The notes below the pieces were generated by a model. The model saw only the letters and a program-made list of their open reading frames with translations, searched no databases and was not told the origin of the DNA. The position numbers and the translations under genes were made by a program. Positions 31,265-40,808 of a DNA stretch of 64,000 bases are shown piece after piece (the stretch's first letter is position 1; the number at the start of each line of letters is the position of its first letter). Location: positions 288,001 through 352,000 of the forward strand of contig CAVSHR010000011.1 of NCBI GenBank assembly GCA_963727625.1. The letters run 5' to 3'. Origin of the DNA: an uncultured delta proteobacterium (lineage in GTDB: Bacteria; Desulfobacterota; Binatia; UBA9968).

Positions 31265-32041
31265 TCATTCCCGGTTCAAGCGCGCCATCGCCGCCTTTAG
31301 GCTCGCCCGCATGCGCTCGAGGGAGCGGCCCAACTCGCCGATTTCGTCGTTGCTTTGAATCGGCACCGTGGCATCGAGACGGCCGCGGCTAATGTCGTCG
31401 GCGATCGCTTTTAAATCCAAAATCGGCCGGATGGTTTTGCTCGCCAGCACGATCGAAAGGATCACGCCAAGCACCAGACAGGCAACGATCAGGCCGATGA
31501 TCGGCACGAGCGTCCAGCGCACGTTATCCTGCACCGTTTGCGCCCAAAGCCCGACCCGCACGACACCGAGCTGGCCGTCGAGCAGGGGCGCGCGGGTTTC
31601 GTAGACGTTCTTGCCGCGCGCGCGGGTGACGCGCATCGACGCCGCGGTGCCGCCGGAGTCCTTCAACTCATCCGGAAAGGGGTTCATGCTGCTCGCCAGA
31701 ACTTCCCCCTTAGGGTCCTGGATAAAAGCGTAAGCGACGCCGTCCAGGCGCCCGTACTTGGCGACCAGCGCGTCGAGCTGGAGCACGCTCTTACGCGAAA
31801 CGAAGCCAGCCGCGGCGTCGGCGAGGTTGGTGGCAAGAGCGTTGGAGCGCAGGTCGACCTGTTTTTGCAACGCGGCGGTTGTGAAAAAATAAACAATGCC
31901 GATGACGAGCAGGCCCAGCACCAGGATCAGACCGCTGAAAGCGGTGATGATTTTCCAACGCAGGCCGCCGCGCTGCCAATGGATGCCCAGCGGTTTGGCG
32001 ATTTTGGAGCTTTCCATAGGAGATGCAGATTCCTGAGGCAT
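31265..32041 (-). CDS. Two-TM membrane protein ending in a HAMP domain with no output domain
   Basis: TM-sensor-TM then IRPILDL..ADDISRG..DEIGELGRSLERMR, stop 12 aa later. Confidence 0.85.
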   Translation of the reverse strand: MPQESASPMESSKIAKPLGIHWQRGGLRWKIITAFSGLILVLGLLVIGIVYFFTTAALQKQVDLRSNALATNLADAAAGFVSRKSVLQLDALVAKYGRLDGVAYAFIQDPKGEVLASSMNPFPDELKDSGGTAASMRVTRARGKNVYETRAPLLDGQLGVVRVGLWAQTVQDNVRWTLVPIIGLIVACLVLGVILSIVLASKTIRPILDLKAIADDISRGRLDATVPIQSNDEIGELGRSLERMRASLKAAMARLNRE

Positions 32042-32075
32042 CGGTTACGTCCTCCCAAGGGATGGTTCGGTGGTT

Positions 32076-32870
32076 TTAGAAGCGCTTGAAATTCGAGATC
32101 TCCTGAAACATGGATGCCTCGAACTTGTTTTTAAGCAAGCCGTCGTCGATTTCTTTGCCGATGAGGCTGATCAGGTCGTCGAGCTTTTCTTCCGGCAGGC
32201 TGTCCGGTGATTCGCCGAGGGCTTCGATCTGATCGCGCAGTACCAGCGGCGCCATCGGACCGATCACTTCGGTCAAAATGTCGCTGACGCGATTGAGCAG
32301 CGCGGCGGGCACCAGGTCGGCGGTTGGTCTGGCCACCTGAGCGGCGCATTCAACCAACCCTTCCTTGTGCAGGTTGTAAATGACCTTCGCGGTGTAGGCG
32401 AAGGGGATGCGCAACAGCTCGGCGACTTCCTGCACCGTGCGCTTGCCGTCGAGTTTGGTTAAAACCCTCCAGCCGACGTTGGGCACGGTCACCGGGCCGG
32501 CGTGCTCTTCGCTCAATTCGGCGATCTTGAACACTGCCTTGCCGCTCGGAATCACTTCGAGAATGGTTTCCCACTCGCGGGTCATGGTCTTTACTTCGGC
32601 AAGAATTTCTTCGGCCGGCCTGCTTACCGTGGCGGCGGGCGGAGCGCCGTTGGGCTGAAGATCGAAGCTCCCTTCGCCCCAAGTCACGGGGTAGAGTAAT
32701 GCCTTCTCGCCGTCGCCGATCGGGCAGGTGGCATGGACGATCTCGCCGTCGGTGAGATAGACTTCGACGAATTCCTTGCCGCGAGTGAGCTTTAGCACAC
32801 CGGATTTCTTTCCGCTTGTGACCAGCAAGAAAAGATCGGTCAGGCTGATATGCGAAAGGTTGCCTTGCAT
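32076..32870 (-). CDS. DUF4388 (PATAN-like) protein with central HTH-like segment
   Basis: MQGNLSHISLTDL..KKSGVL..GEIVHA..WGEGSF; LDGKRTVQEVAE; EVIGPMA helical tail. Confidence 0.8.
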   Translation of the reverse strand: MQGNLSHISLTDLFLLVTSGKKSGVLKLTRGKEFVEVYLTDGEIVHATCPIGDGEKALLYPVTWGEGSFDLQPNGAPPAATVSRPAEEILAEVKTMTREWETILEVIPSGKAVFKIAELSEEHAGPVTVPNVGWRVLTKLDGKRTVQEVAELLRIPFAYTAKVIYNLHKEGLVECAAQVARPTADLVPAALLNRVSDILTEVIGPMAPLVLRDQIEALGESPDSLPEEKLDDLISLIGKEIDDGLLKNKFEASMFQEISNFKRF

Positions 32871-32894
32871 AGAATCGGCGTGCTGGAAAATGTT

Positions 32895-33221
32895 TTAACG
32901 GTCTTCCGTCGCGCGTCGCGGCTCTTTGCCGGTTTGCGCTTTCCTCGCCAGATCGGCGAGGTCGTCGTGTCCGTTCAAAGTGACTTTGAGGGCCTTGATC
33001 ACCGCCAGGCTTTTGCTGATGCCGACCATCTGTTCCAAGGTCGATTTGATCTGGCTCTGCAACAGATCCACTTCTTCGGTGGAAATCCCCTGCAGTTGGG
33101 CTTGCAGCTCGTCGTAGAGCCGGGTGATGCTGTCGATCTGCCCAAGGGACTCGGTTTTTTGGGTGATGTCCTCGTACAGGCGGGAAATGTCTTCGGTTAA
33201 ATTCTGCAATTCGTTTTTCAT
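32895..33221 (-). CDS. Small coiled-coil hypothetical protein
   Basis: GGAG RBS; heptad-rich helices; operonic. Confidence 0.7.
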   Translation of the reverse strand: MKNELQNLTEDISRLYEDITQKTESLGQIDSITRLYDELQAQLQGISTEEVDLLQSQIKSTLEQMVGISKSLAVIKALKVTLNGHDDLADLARKAQTGKEPRRATEDR

Positions 33222-33235
33222 TTTAATCTCCAGTT

Positions 33236-34489
33236 CTATGGATTCTTTTCTTTGATTACCTCTGGCTTAAGATTGGTCGGCGTATCGCTCGTCGCCTGTG
33301 CCGGAGCAAGGCTCTCAGCGGCGACCGGCATGCGCGGCGGCGGGCTTTTGAACAGATAAAATGCGCCCAACACCAAGCCCAAAACAATAAACGCGGCAAT
33401 CGCCGCGATTTTATTGAATTTCGACGGTTTAGTGTGCGAATAGAGATCGTTTTCGCCGTAGTCCTTGATGATGCTTTTCAACTGGCGGTCGAGTTCGCCG
33501 CGATTCTTGATACTCGGAACAAAGGTTTCGACGGCGGTTTGATGATCCTCTGCTATTTCCGGTGGCGGCAGCGCCAGGGGCTTCTCGGCATCGTTGTTCA
33601 CGGCGACCAGAGCGACGCTTGCGATGGCCGGCAATCGTTCGATCGAGTTTGTTTGCGCGGCAATTGCCGTGGCGTCTTTGGGCGTCGGTTCAATGGGCTT
33701 GGACGGCTGATTTGAAACGACGAATTCGCCGTAGGTGTCGATCAGGTCGTTTAACAGCCGCTCGTCGAACTGGTTCTTGTTTGGCGCGGTCTTTTGCTGG
33801 TTTGGGTTGGCGTCGCGGTTGCCGGTAGGTTCTGCTTTCGGTGCAGCGGTTGCCTCGCGTCGCGGCGCCGCGCCTGCCTCGGGGGCGAGCGAAAGATCGG
33901 GAGCAAGCACCACGTCATCGGCCGGCGTCGTGTTGTTGACCCGGATTTGCGGCGCCGGCGCTTCTCCTCCCCGTAGTTCGGCACCCACGCTCGGCTGCGG
34001 GACCGACGCCGTGCAGGATTGCCCAGCGGTATCGCAAACAGGCCCGATCGAAGGGGGGGCTTGCAGGGGTGCACCGAAATCGCTTGAAATGGATTGCGCG
34101 CCGGTGCGAACGGCCTGCAGCAACAGATACATGCGGATCAGCTTGCCGGCCTGGATGATAGCTTGTAACTTGGGATGATTGTCGAGGCGGTTCGGAGCGA
34201 TTAGATCAAAATCTGCTTGGGGAATCTCGCCGACGAATCGATTTATGTCGGCAACCGACGCCCGCAGTTTTTCGACGAGAGTCAATTGTGCTTGAGAGGC
34301 TTTTAGCTGTTGAATCAGCGCGCGGGTTTTCTGTTCGGCCCGGTTTGCGTCTTCCAGGGAACAATCATCGAGGCGCTGTTGCAACCCATGGACCGAGCTG
34401 AGCACCTTGCCAAAGCCGTTGGCCTTTGGCGGACGCGAATTTTCCGTCCCGGGCTGGGCGGGTGTGACTTGTTTTTGGGCCGGCTCCAT
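33236..34489 (-). CDS. Hypothetical protein with Pro-rich linker and C-terminal TM
   Basis: 417-aa ORF; near-repeated FDERLLNDLIDTYGE / LDRQLKSIIKDYGE; TM near C-terminus. Confidence 0.7.
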   Translation of the reverse strand: MEPAQKQVTPAQPGTENSRPPKANGFGKVLSSVHGLQQRLDDCSLEDANRAEQKTRALIQQLKASQAQLTLVEKLRASVADINRFVGEIPQADFDLIAPNRLDNHPKLQAIIQAGKLIRMYLLLQAVRTGAQSISSDFGAPLQAPPSIGPVCDTAGQSCTASVPQPSVGAELRGGEAPAPQIRVNNTTPADDVVLAPDLSLAPEAGAAPRREATAAPKAEPTGNRDANPNQQKTAPNKNQFDERLLNDLIDTYGEFVVSNQPSKPIEPTPKDATAIAAQTNSIERLPAIASVALVAVNNDAEKPLALPPPEIAEDHQTAVETFVPSIKNRGELDRQLKSIIKDYGENDLYSHTKPSKFNKIAAIAAFIVLGLVLGAFYLFKSPPPRMPVAAESLAPAQATSDTPTNLKPEVIKEKNP

Positions 34490-34549
34490 CTGCTACGTCG
34501 CCTCTGATCCGAACCTTTCCGATGGGCATGGAAGACGCGATATTAACTA

Positions 34550-34565
34550 AGCAAAATGGTTGCCA
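34550..34565 (-). promoter_or_regulatory. sigma54 promoter for the 34489-29615 gene run
   Basis: TGGCAAC-CATT-TTGCT about 60 nt before ATG. Confidence 0.7.
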
Positions 34566-34884
34566 GGAATACCTTTGTGGAAAGCCAAGTAATTTCGGTG
34601 CCCTGAGGGGAAGTTTGTCCTTAAATTGTGAGCTCTTGCCACAAATCCTGTTCGCCACGAACAAAAATGTACGTGGCCAAAAAGCGCTATGTTTCTGGTT
34701 TTTCTAAAGAAATGAACCGCGGACCAGTAGATGACCGACGCCGGACGACTGACTACCGACGATGGACGCTGCTCGCAATGTCGGCTGACGGGAGACCGAT
34801 GACCGGGGACCGATGCACTCTGCTCTTTGCGCCATGCCCTATGCTCTTTCCAAACTGCCTGCTGCCCCTTGCGTGAAAACTTCC

Positions 34885-35642
34885 TTAACGCGGGGTGAGG
34901 CTCAGCAGCTTTTTTACCGGATCCACCGAGACCTGGAAGCGACCGAGAAAATCCATGCCGAGCAGCCCCTCGAAAGTCGGATTGCCGACGGGGTCGTGTA
35001 TCGAAACGGCCATATCGCCAACCTCGGCGTCGCCGACCTTCACTGAGTCTATGCGGGCGACCCGGGTGCGCACGGTTCCGCCGATACCCCTAAGATACTT
35101 CGATCCGATGTAGGGGATGCGCAGGCTAGCGGCTACTTTCCCAGTGATGATGGTCATTCCCGCGCCGGTATCAAGCACTAGGTTGGCGGTCAGCGAACCA
35201 TTGAAGGTTACCGGCACGATGACAGATCGACCGCTGAAGTTAATCGGTACGATGACCGTGCCGCGGGGCGCGGCGGAAGCAGGGCCGGTCGGAATATCGA
35301 CGGCGATTCCGCTCGGCTCGGCCGGCAGATTACGGAAGAATTTAGCTGCTTTGTTAGCTTGGTCCCCGTTGTCTTGTTTAATCCAGCCGACAATACCGCT
35401 CTGGCTTTTCACAAGATACCATTTGACACCGCCCGCGCCTTGGCTCTCGGCGATCGGCGTAACGTTCTCGCCGGCGGGCAGCATTCCAAGCGAAGGAGCG
35501 GCTTGGTCCGCAGCGGCGTAAATTTTAAGCTCAGAGGAGTGCGACGATTGACGATCTGGCGGTTCGCTCTGTGCGGATGGGAGAGAAGAGAGGAGTAAGA
35601 CAAGCGCAAATAGACTGATCGCAGGCTTGACCGCGGCGCCAT
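34885..35642 (-). CDS. Exported retropepsin-like aspartyl protease with N-terminal SH3b-like domain
   Basis: LVLDTGAGMT, GLLGMDFL; KWYLVK..GIVGWI; hydrophobic signal; true start unclear. Confidence 0.8.
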
Positions 35643-35659
35643 GACCGCCGCCGAGCGGC

Positions 35660-36940
35660 TTAGATTGCCAGGGCAAATTTTTCCAGTTTGCGGTAAAGCG
35701 TGCGCGTCGAAATGCCCAGCGCCTCCGCGGCCTTTGCTTTGTTTCCATTGGTCTGTCGAAGCGCCTCCTCGATGACGCTGCGCTCGCCCTCTTCGATATT
35801 GCGGATCGCGTTGCCGCCGATCTCTTCGCGGCGCCCGGTCGCATAATGCTGCAGATTCATCGCCAGATCGCTGATGGCAATATAATCGCTGTCGGAAACC
35901 ATCACGGCGCTTTCGATCACGCTTTTAAGCTCCCGGATGTTGCCCGGCCACGGATAGTCGAGAAACAGTGCTTTGGTCGAGCCGGTGAGTTTTTTAAGCG
36001 GCTTTTGGAATTGATTGCACGCCTGGTAGACGAAATTGGCGATCAACAAGATCATGTCTTCCCGGCGGTCCCGGAGCGGCGGCAGGATGATGCGCGCGCT
36101 GTTCAAGCGAAAATAAAGGTCTTTGCGAAAGCCGGTGCCCTGAATCGCCTCCTCCAACTCCTTGTTGGTCGCGGCGATGATCCGCACATCACAGGTCTTG
36201 GGCGATGATTCACCGACTCGATAATATTGGCGCGTCTCGAGGAAGCGCAGCAGCTTGAGCTGGATCGACGGAGCTAGGTCGCCGATCTCATCCAGGAAGA
36301 GCGTGCCGCCTTCGGCGGCTTCGACGAAGCCTTTTTTGTTGCGGTCGGCGCCGGTAAAAGCGCCCTTCACGTAGCCGAAGAGCTCGCTTTCGACCAACGT
36401 CTCGGGAATCGCCGTCAGGTTGCACCCGACAAAAGGCTTATCGGCGCGCGGACCGCGGGCGTGGACGTATTGCGCCATGATTTCCTTGCCGGTGCCCGTT
36501 TCGCCGGTAATGAGCACGGTAATATCGTGCATGGCGTAACGATTGGCGAGGTTGACGACCTCGTAGAACTGGGGTGTGTCGCCGATCATCACCGGCGCTT
36601 TGACGACATGCGGGTTTTGACTATCCGCCGGGGTATTGTTGGCCTGGCCGAACAGGCCGTAGAGTCCCTGAAGGTCTAGCGGGTCGTAGCAAATCAGTGC
36701 CAGGTGCGCCGACTTCTGTCGCAACCGGTCGGTAAAATTGTTCCAACCGGCGCCGTTGCAGGCCGTAAGGTCGGCAAAGATATACTTTTGTTGCTCGATC
36801 GGAAACGCCGCAAGCACTCGTTCGGCTTCCTCGACCGAGCGGCTCACGTGGACCGAACAATCGCGCGACTCAACGAGTTTGGAGATGCCGTTTAGCGGGG
36901 CATCGGTCGGGTGAATGATCAGCGCTAACGGTTTTACCAT
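35660..36940 (-). CDS. sigma54-dependent enhancer-binding protein with degenerate REC domain
   Basis: GETGTGKE, ESELFG, GAFTGA, LFLDEIG, WPGNIREL, Fis HTH. Confidence 0.95.
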   Translation of the reverse strand: MVKPLALIIHPTDAPLNGISKLVESRDCSVHVSRSVEEAERVLAAFPIEQQKYIFADLTACNGAGWNNFTDRLRQKSAHLALICYDPLDLQGLYGLFGQANNTPADSQNPHVVKAPVMIGDTPQFYEVVNLANRYAMHDITVLITGETGTGKEIMAQYVHARGPRADKPFVGCNLTAIPETLVESELFGYVKGAFTGADRNKKGFVEAAEGGTLFLDEIGDLAPSIQLKLLRFLETRQYYRVGESSPKTCDVRIIAATNKELEEAIQGTGFRKDLYFRLNSARIILPPLRDRREDMILLIANFVYQACNQFQKPLKKLTGSTKALFLDYPWPGNIRELKSVIESAVMVSDSDYIAISDLAMNLQHYATGRREEIGGNAIRNIEEGERSVIEEALRQTNGNKAKAAEALGISTRTLYRKLEKFALAI

Positions 36941-36944
36941 CCGA

Positions 36945-38396
36945 TTACTCTTGGGCCGGCGTATTGGGGATGATCACCATGTTCTCGAGCGAGTCGGCGA
37001 GAAGCTGGCGACTGATCCGGGGCGCCGTGCCAAGATAATTACATGCCGCGATCACATGTTCAGCGATAAATTTCGGGTGAAAGCCCGCGAAGGGGATTTT
37101 GTGCTTAAGGTAAAACGTGTTGAGCAAGTAAGCCATGATTTCTTCGGAAAATTCAAGCCCGTAGGAATCGCAAATGCGTTGGAAGATCTCCTTGAACTCA
37201 TCCACCGTCGGCGGATTAATTTTCATTTTGTAATGGACGCGTCTTAGCTGAGCGGGGTCCATCAACTCTTCCGGCGGAAAGTTCGTCGCGAATATGACCA
37301 GTTGATCGAACAACACCGAAAACTTTTTACCGGTATGAAGCGTGAGATAATCGAGCTTACGCTCGAGGGGGAAGATCCAGCGATTCAAAAGCTCGTGCGG
37401 CCGCACCCGCTGGCGACCAAAATCGTCGATGACGAAAACCCCGCCGATCGCTTTCATCTGCAATGGCGCCTCATAGTATTTCGAATGCGGGTCGAAATCG
37501 AGATCGAGCATTTCCAAGGTGAGTTCGCCGCCGGTAATCACGTAGGGACGTTTGCAACGCACCCAGCGGGGATCATGTTCCAAATGCGGCAAAAACATCG
37601 GGTTGGAATCGCCGTTGGCGCCGTTCCCAGTGGGGAAATCGGTGTGGACCGAGGGGTCGTAAACCTTTATGACCTGGCCGTCGGCTTCGATGGCGTAGGG
37701 CACGTAAACTGGCTGTTCGAAGGCGCTGACGAGAGCCTCGGCGATGGAGGTTTTTCCGTTGCCGGCGGAACCGTAAATCAGAATGGCGCGGCCGGAATTG
37801 GACGCCGGCCCGAGGCGGCGCACGACTTCCTCTGAAAGAACCAGATGAGTCATGGCCTTCTTGAGCTTTTCAATGCTGATGACTTCATTGGTGATCGTCT
37901 GCTTCTGAACTTGCAATTGGTAATTTTCCAGCGGGACCGGAATCGGGCCGATATACTCGCACCGGCGCAGCGCTTCGCTAGCTCTTTCTTTGCCCGCGTT
38001 GGTCAGCGCATAGCGCATGATATTGTAGTTTTTTTCCGATGGACCGCGAACTTCAACGAGCGCGTCTTTCTTGGCGAAGTTTAACAGGTCCTCGACCACC
38101 GGGCGGGTGAGCTTGATTTGCTCGGACAGCTCCGGAATGGTCTGCAGCTGCGAGATGTACATGGTGCGCAGCAGGCTATTGAGCAAGAAATTGGTGTCGA
38201 GACCGGTTTGTTCCACGGTCTTGGGGACTAGCGGCGGCTCTTGGAGAACCGCCTCGAGGTTGCCGCGGCTGATATAGCCGAGCGCGACGAGGTTATCGCC
38301 GATCCGGCCGCCGGCAATTTTCTGCTGATGGACAACCTTGCCGAGTTGCTCTTCGGTAATGATGCCCTTTGTTAATAGAAGTTCGCCGATCGCCAT
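36945..38396 (-). CDS. AAA+ ATPase with N-terminal MshEN-like domain
   Basis: IGELLLTKGIITEEQL..QQ-linker-RIGDNLVALGYIS; GSAGNGKT Walker A; VIDDFGRQ Walker B. Confidence 0.8.
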   Translation of the reverse strand: MAIGELLLTKGIITEEQLGKVVHQQKIAGGRIGDNLVALGYISRGNLEAVLQEPPLVPKTVEQTGLDTNFLLNSLLRTMYISQLQTIPELSEQIKLTRPVVEDLLNFAKKDALVEVRGPSEKNYNIMRYALTNAGKERASEALRRCEYIGPIPVPLENYQLQVQKQTITNEVISIEKLKKAMTHLVLSEEVVRRLGPASNSGRAILIYGSAGNGKTSIAEALVSAFEQPVYVPYAIEADGQVIKVYDPSVHTDFPTGNGANGDSNPMFLPHLEHDPRWVRCKRPYVITGGELTLEMLDLDFDPHSKYYEAPLQMKAIGGVFVIDDFGRQRVRPHELLNRWIFPLERKLDYLTLHTGKKFSVLFDQLVIFATNFPPEELMDPAQLRRVHYKMKINPPTVDEFKEIFQRICDSYGLEFSEEIMAYLLNTFYLKHKIPFAGFHPKFIAEHVIAACNYLGTAPRISRQLLADSLENMVIIPNTPAQE

Positions 38397-38558
38397 AGGG
38401 GTTACCCGCCGCCGAGGGGTAAAAAATTAGTTGTGTTTACCACCGGCAGCATCTATATTCTTGGTATAATCCTCAAAAACCTGTTTCATTATAAGTGATC
38501 GCGGCAACGTGTCAAGAAAACTTCCAGGGCGCGCAATTGTAGCTGGAAGGGGAGACTC

Positions 38559-40724
38559 ATGATCTTCAGGCGATTTTCTAAGTTTGCTTTAATCTTAATA
38601 GCTTGGCTGGGAAGCAGCTGCGCGTTACTCGACGATGGCGCCCAGAAAAAGCCGCCGCCGACCGGACTTGTGACCACGCCGGTCTCCTATTACAGCACTC
38701 CTAAAGCGCGCTATCTCGGAACCAGATATAAAGAAAATCTTGAACGGCTGGCAATGCGCATTGTGCGGGACCCTAAGACCGCCTCGCTGCAATTTGCCAA
38801 CAATATCTCGTCGGTCGGCGGTATCGGTTTTTTCACTCACTCGGCCACCGAGACGCCCGACGAACGCTATCTGGAGGTTGTGCTGGCGACTCCCGAAACT
38901 TTCGAAACCAAAGGCAATTATAGTGAAAAGGTCGCCCGGATTTTTGCTCGCTATGGACCGGAGCTGCTCAGCATGCTCGGCGGTGATAAGGAAATTTATC
39001 AGGACGAGGAGTTGAGCGGTTATGGTCTGAATCTGGCGTGGCGCAATGCCATCGCGCAGGGCACTGCCAGCCGTATCGGCATGGCGCGGGCCGTCATCTA
39101 TTTTCATAAGGAGAGAGTTTTAAAATTCTTACGGCAAGAGATCAATGCCGACGATCTCCTGGCCAACGCGGTGATTTTCGCCGTCGAAGACGACGGGCCG
39201 CTGCAATTGGTTTCCTATCAACCGCACCCGACCAAGCCGGACTATCGCCCGCCGATCCGCGAGGACAATCTGGCAGCCGGAACGTTTGGTTCTAAGCTAC
39301 CGCAGGCTGGAGATTCCGGCGGGCCTGTGACGGCAACGAAGCCCAAAGCGAAACGAAATATCGAGGACGCCAAGCAAGACCCGACCGTGGTGAAAGAGCA
39401 AATACAGAGCGCGAGAACTGACAAGTCGAATGACCCAGAATCCAGAGCGGCAGCAAGGGTCCCGCCGGCCGCTTCAAGCGATCAGAAAATACTCCAGCGC
39501 CCGGCCGAATCCGACGCTAAAACGGCTTCACCGCCGCTTGCGAGTCGAGACGATGCCAATTCCGAAAGGCTCTCGCTTCGCCGGAGCACTGAACCCGTCT
39601 CGCCGCCGCTGCCTTTAGCGACAACTCCGTCAGTGGTTGCATTGACTGCCCCGACTGCGGCGGTCAAGACCGAGAATGAAACTAAGCGGAATGTTCCCGC
39701 CACAACGGCTGCGTCAAAGAATCCGGTGACATCAAAAAATCAGATCTCGCAAAATGACAGAGAAGATAAAACTCGGGCGACGGAGTCCGCAATAGCGGCA
39801 CCGAAGCCGGCGGTCGTGGCAGAATCACAAAAAACCTCGTCAGCGGTTGCGCCGTCGTTGATCGCCAGATCGCCGATTTCACCGGCCGTCGCTGAAAAGG
39901 CGGTCGCCACCCCGGCAGCCGTGGCGAATCTGCAAGGCCATGCGGTTGCTATTGAGCGCCCCGGTGCAGCGAATCTGGAAGCAACTCGTCCTGCCTTGCC
40001 AGTGGAAAAAGCGCCGCCGATGCCGATTCCGAGGTTAAAACCGCGAGCCTCCGCGCCGCTGACGCCGGCGTTAAACCGGATACCGGAGGAAATAGAAAGA
40101 ACCGATAGTCTGGGTCGTACCAAGGCGCCAGTGCCGGCAGCGACGGCAAAAACAACCGTGGAGCGACCAGCGCCAGAAGCGGCAAAATTCTCGCGAGCCG
40201 AAAAGACCGAGATGGGCGCAGCGCTTCGGTCCGCCGCCAAATCGCCCGAACCGGTGTCATTGCGGAAGCCGGCGAAAGCTCCGCCCGCTGCTAGCGTCGC
40301 CAAAATCGAGGCAGCCTCAATCAACCCGGTGGTACCTGGGGCATCGGCACCGGTGCGGGAAAAAATAGTTGAGAAGCCCGCGCCCGAACGGCTGGCCTCA
40401 CTCAAGAAGCCCGATGAAGCCATGGTCGCGAAAAAGCCGTTGGTGCGGTCGGCGCCGAAGCCCTTGGAGGGGTTTATCATTCAAATTGCCTTTAACGACA
40501 AGGAAAAGGCGCAGAGCTGGGCGGAAAAAATGGAGCGGCGCGGCTATGCCGTCTCGGTAACCGAGGCGGGCGCCGAAGGGTCGCTGCGCGTGCGGCTGGG
40601 TAACTTTGCGGTCCGCGATGACGCGGAACGGCAACTAAAGAATCTAAAGCAGGACGGCATGAAAGGCATCATCATCAACTTGCCGCAAGCGTTTCGGCCG
40701 GAGGCACGTTCATCACTGCCGTAG
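38559..40724 (+). CDS. Lipoprotein with long low-complexity linker and C-terminal SPOR domain
   Basis: LGSSC lipobox; FIIQIAF..A..LRVRLGNF..AE SPOR pattern. Confidence 0.8.
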   Translation: MIFRRFSKFALILIAWLGSSCALLDDGAQKKPPPTGLVTTPVSYYSTPKARYLGTRYKENLERLAMRIVRDPKTASLQFANNISSVGGIGFFTHSATETPDERYLEVVLATPETFETKGNYSEKVARIFARYGPELLSMLGGDKEIYQDEELSGYGLNLAWRNAIAQGTASRIGMARAVIYFHKERVLKFLRQEINADDLLANAVIFAVEDDGPLQLVSYQPHPTKPDYRPPIREDNLAAGTFGSKLPQAGDSGGPVTATKPKAKRNIEDAKQDPTVVKEQIQSARTDKSNDPESRAAARVPPAASSDQKILQRPAESDAKTASPPLASRDDANSERLSLRRSTEPVSPPLPLATTPSVVALTAPTAAVKTENETKRNVPATTAASKNPVTSKNQISQNDREDKTRATESAIAAPKPAVVAESQKTSSAVAPSLIARSPISPAVAEKAVATPAAVANLQGHAVAIERPGAANLEATRPALPVEKAPPMPIPRLKPRASAPLTPALNRIPEEIERTDSLGRTKAPVPAATAKTTVERPAPEAAKFSRAEKTEMGAALRSAAKSPEPVSLRKPAKAPPAASVAKIEAASINPVVPGASAPVREKIVEKPAPERLASLKKPDEAMVAKKPLVRSAPKPLEGFIIQIAFNDKEKAQSWAEKMERRGYAVSVTEAGAEGSLRVRLGNFAVRDDAERQLKNLKQDGMKGIIINLPQAFRPEARSSLP

Positions 40725-40808
40725 CAAAGGGGGCAAAGGGCTTGGAGCAAAGCGCATGGAGCATGGAGCAGAGGGCAACCCCGGCCCTTCTCGCTGAGCG
40801 CTTTGCTC

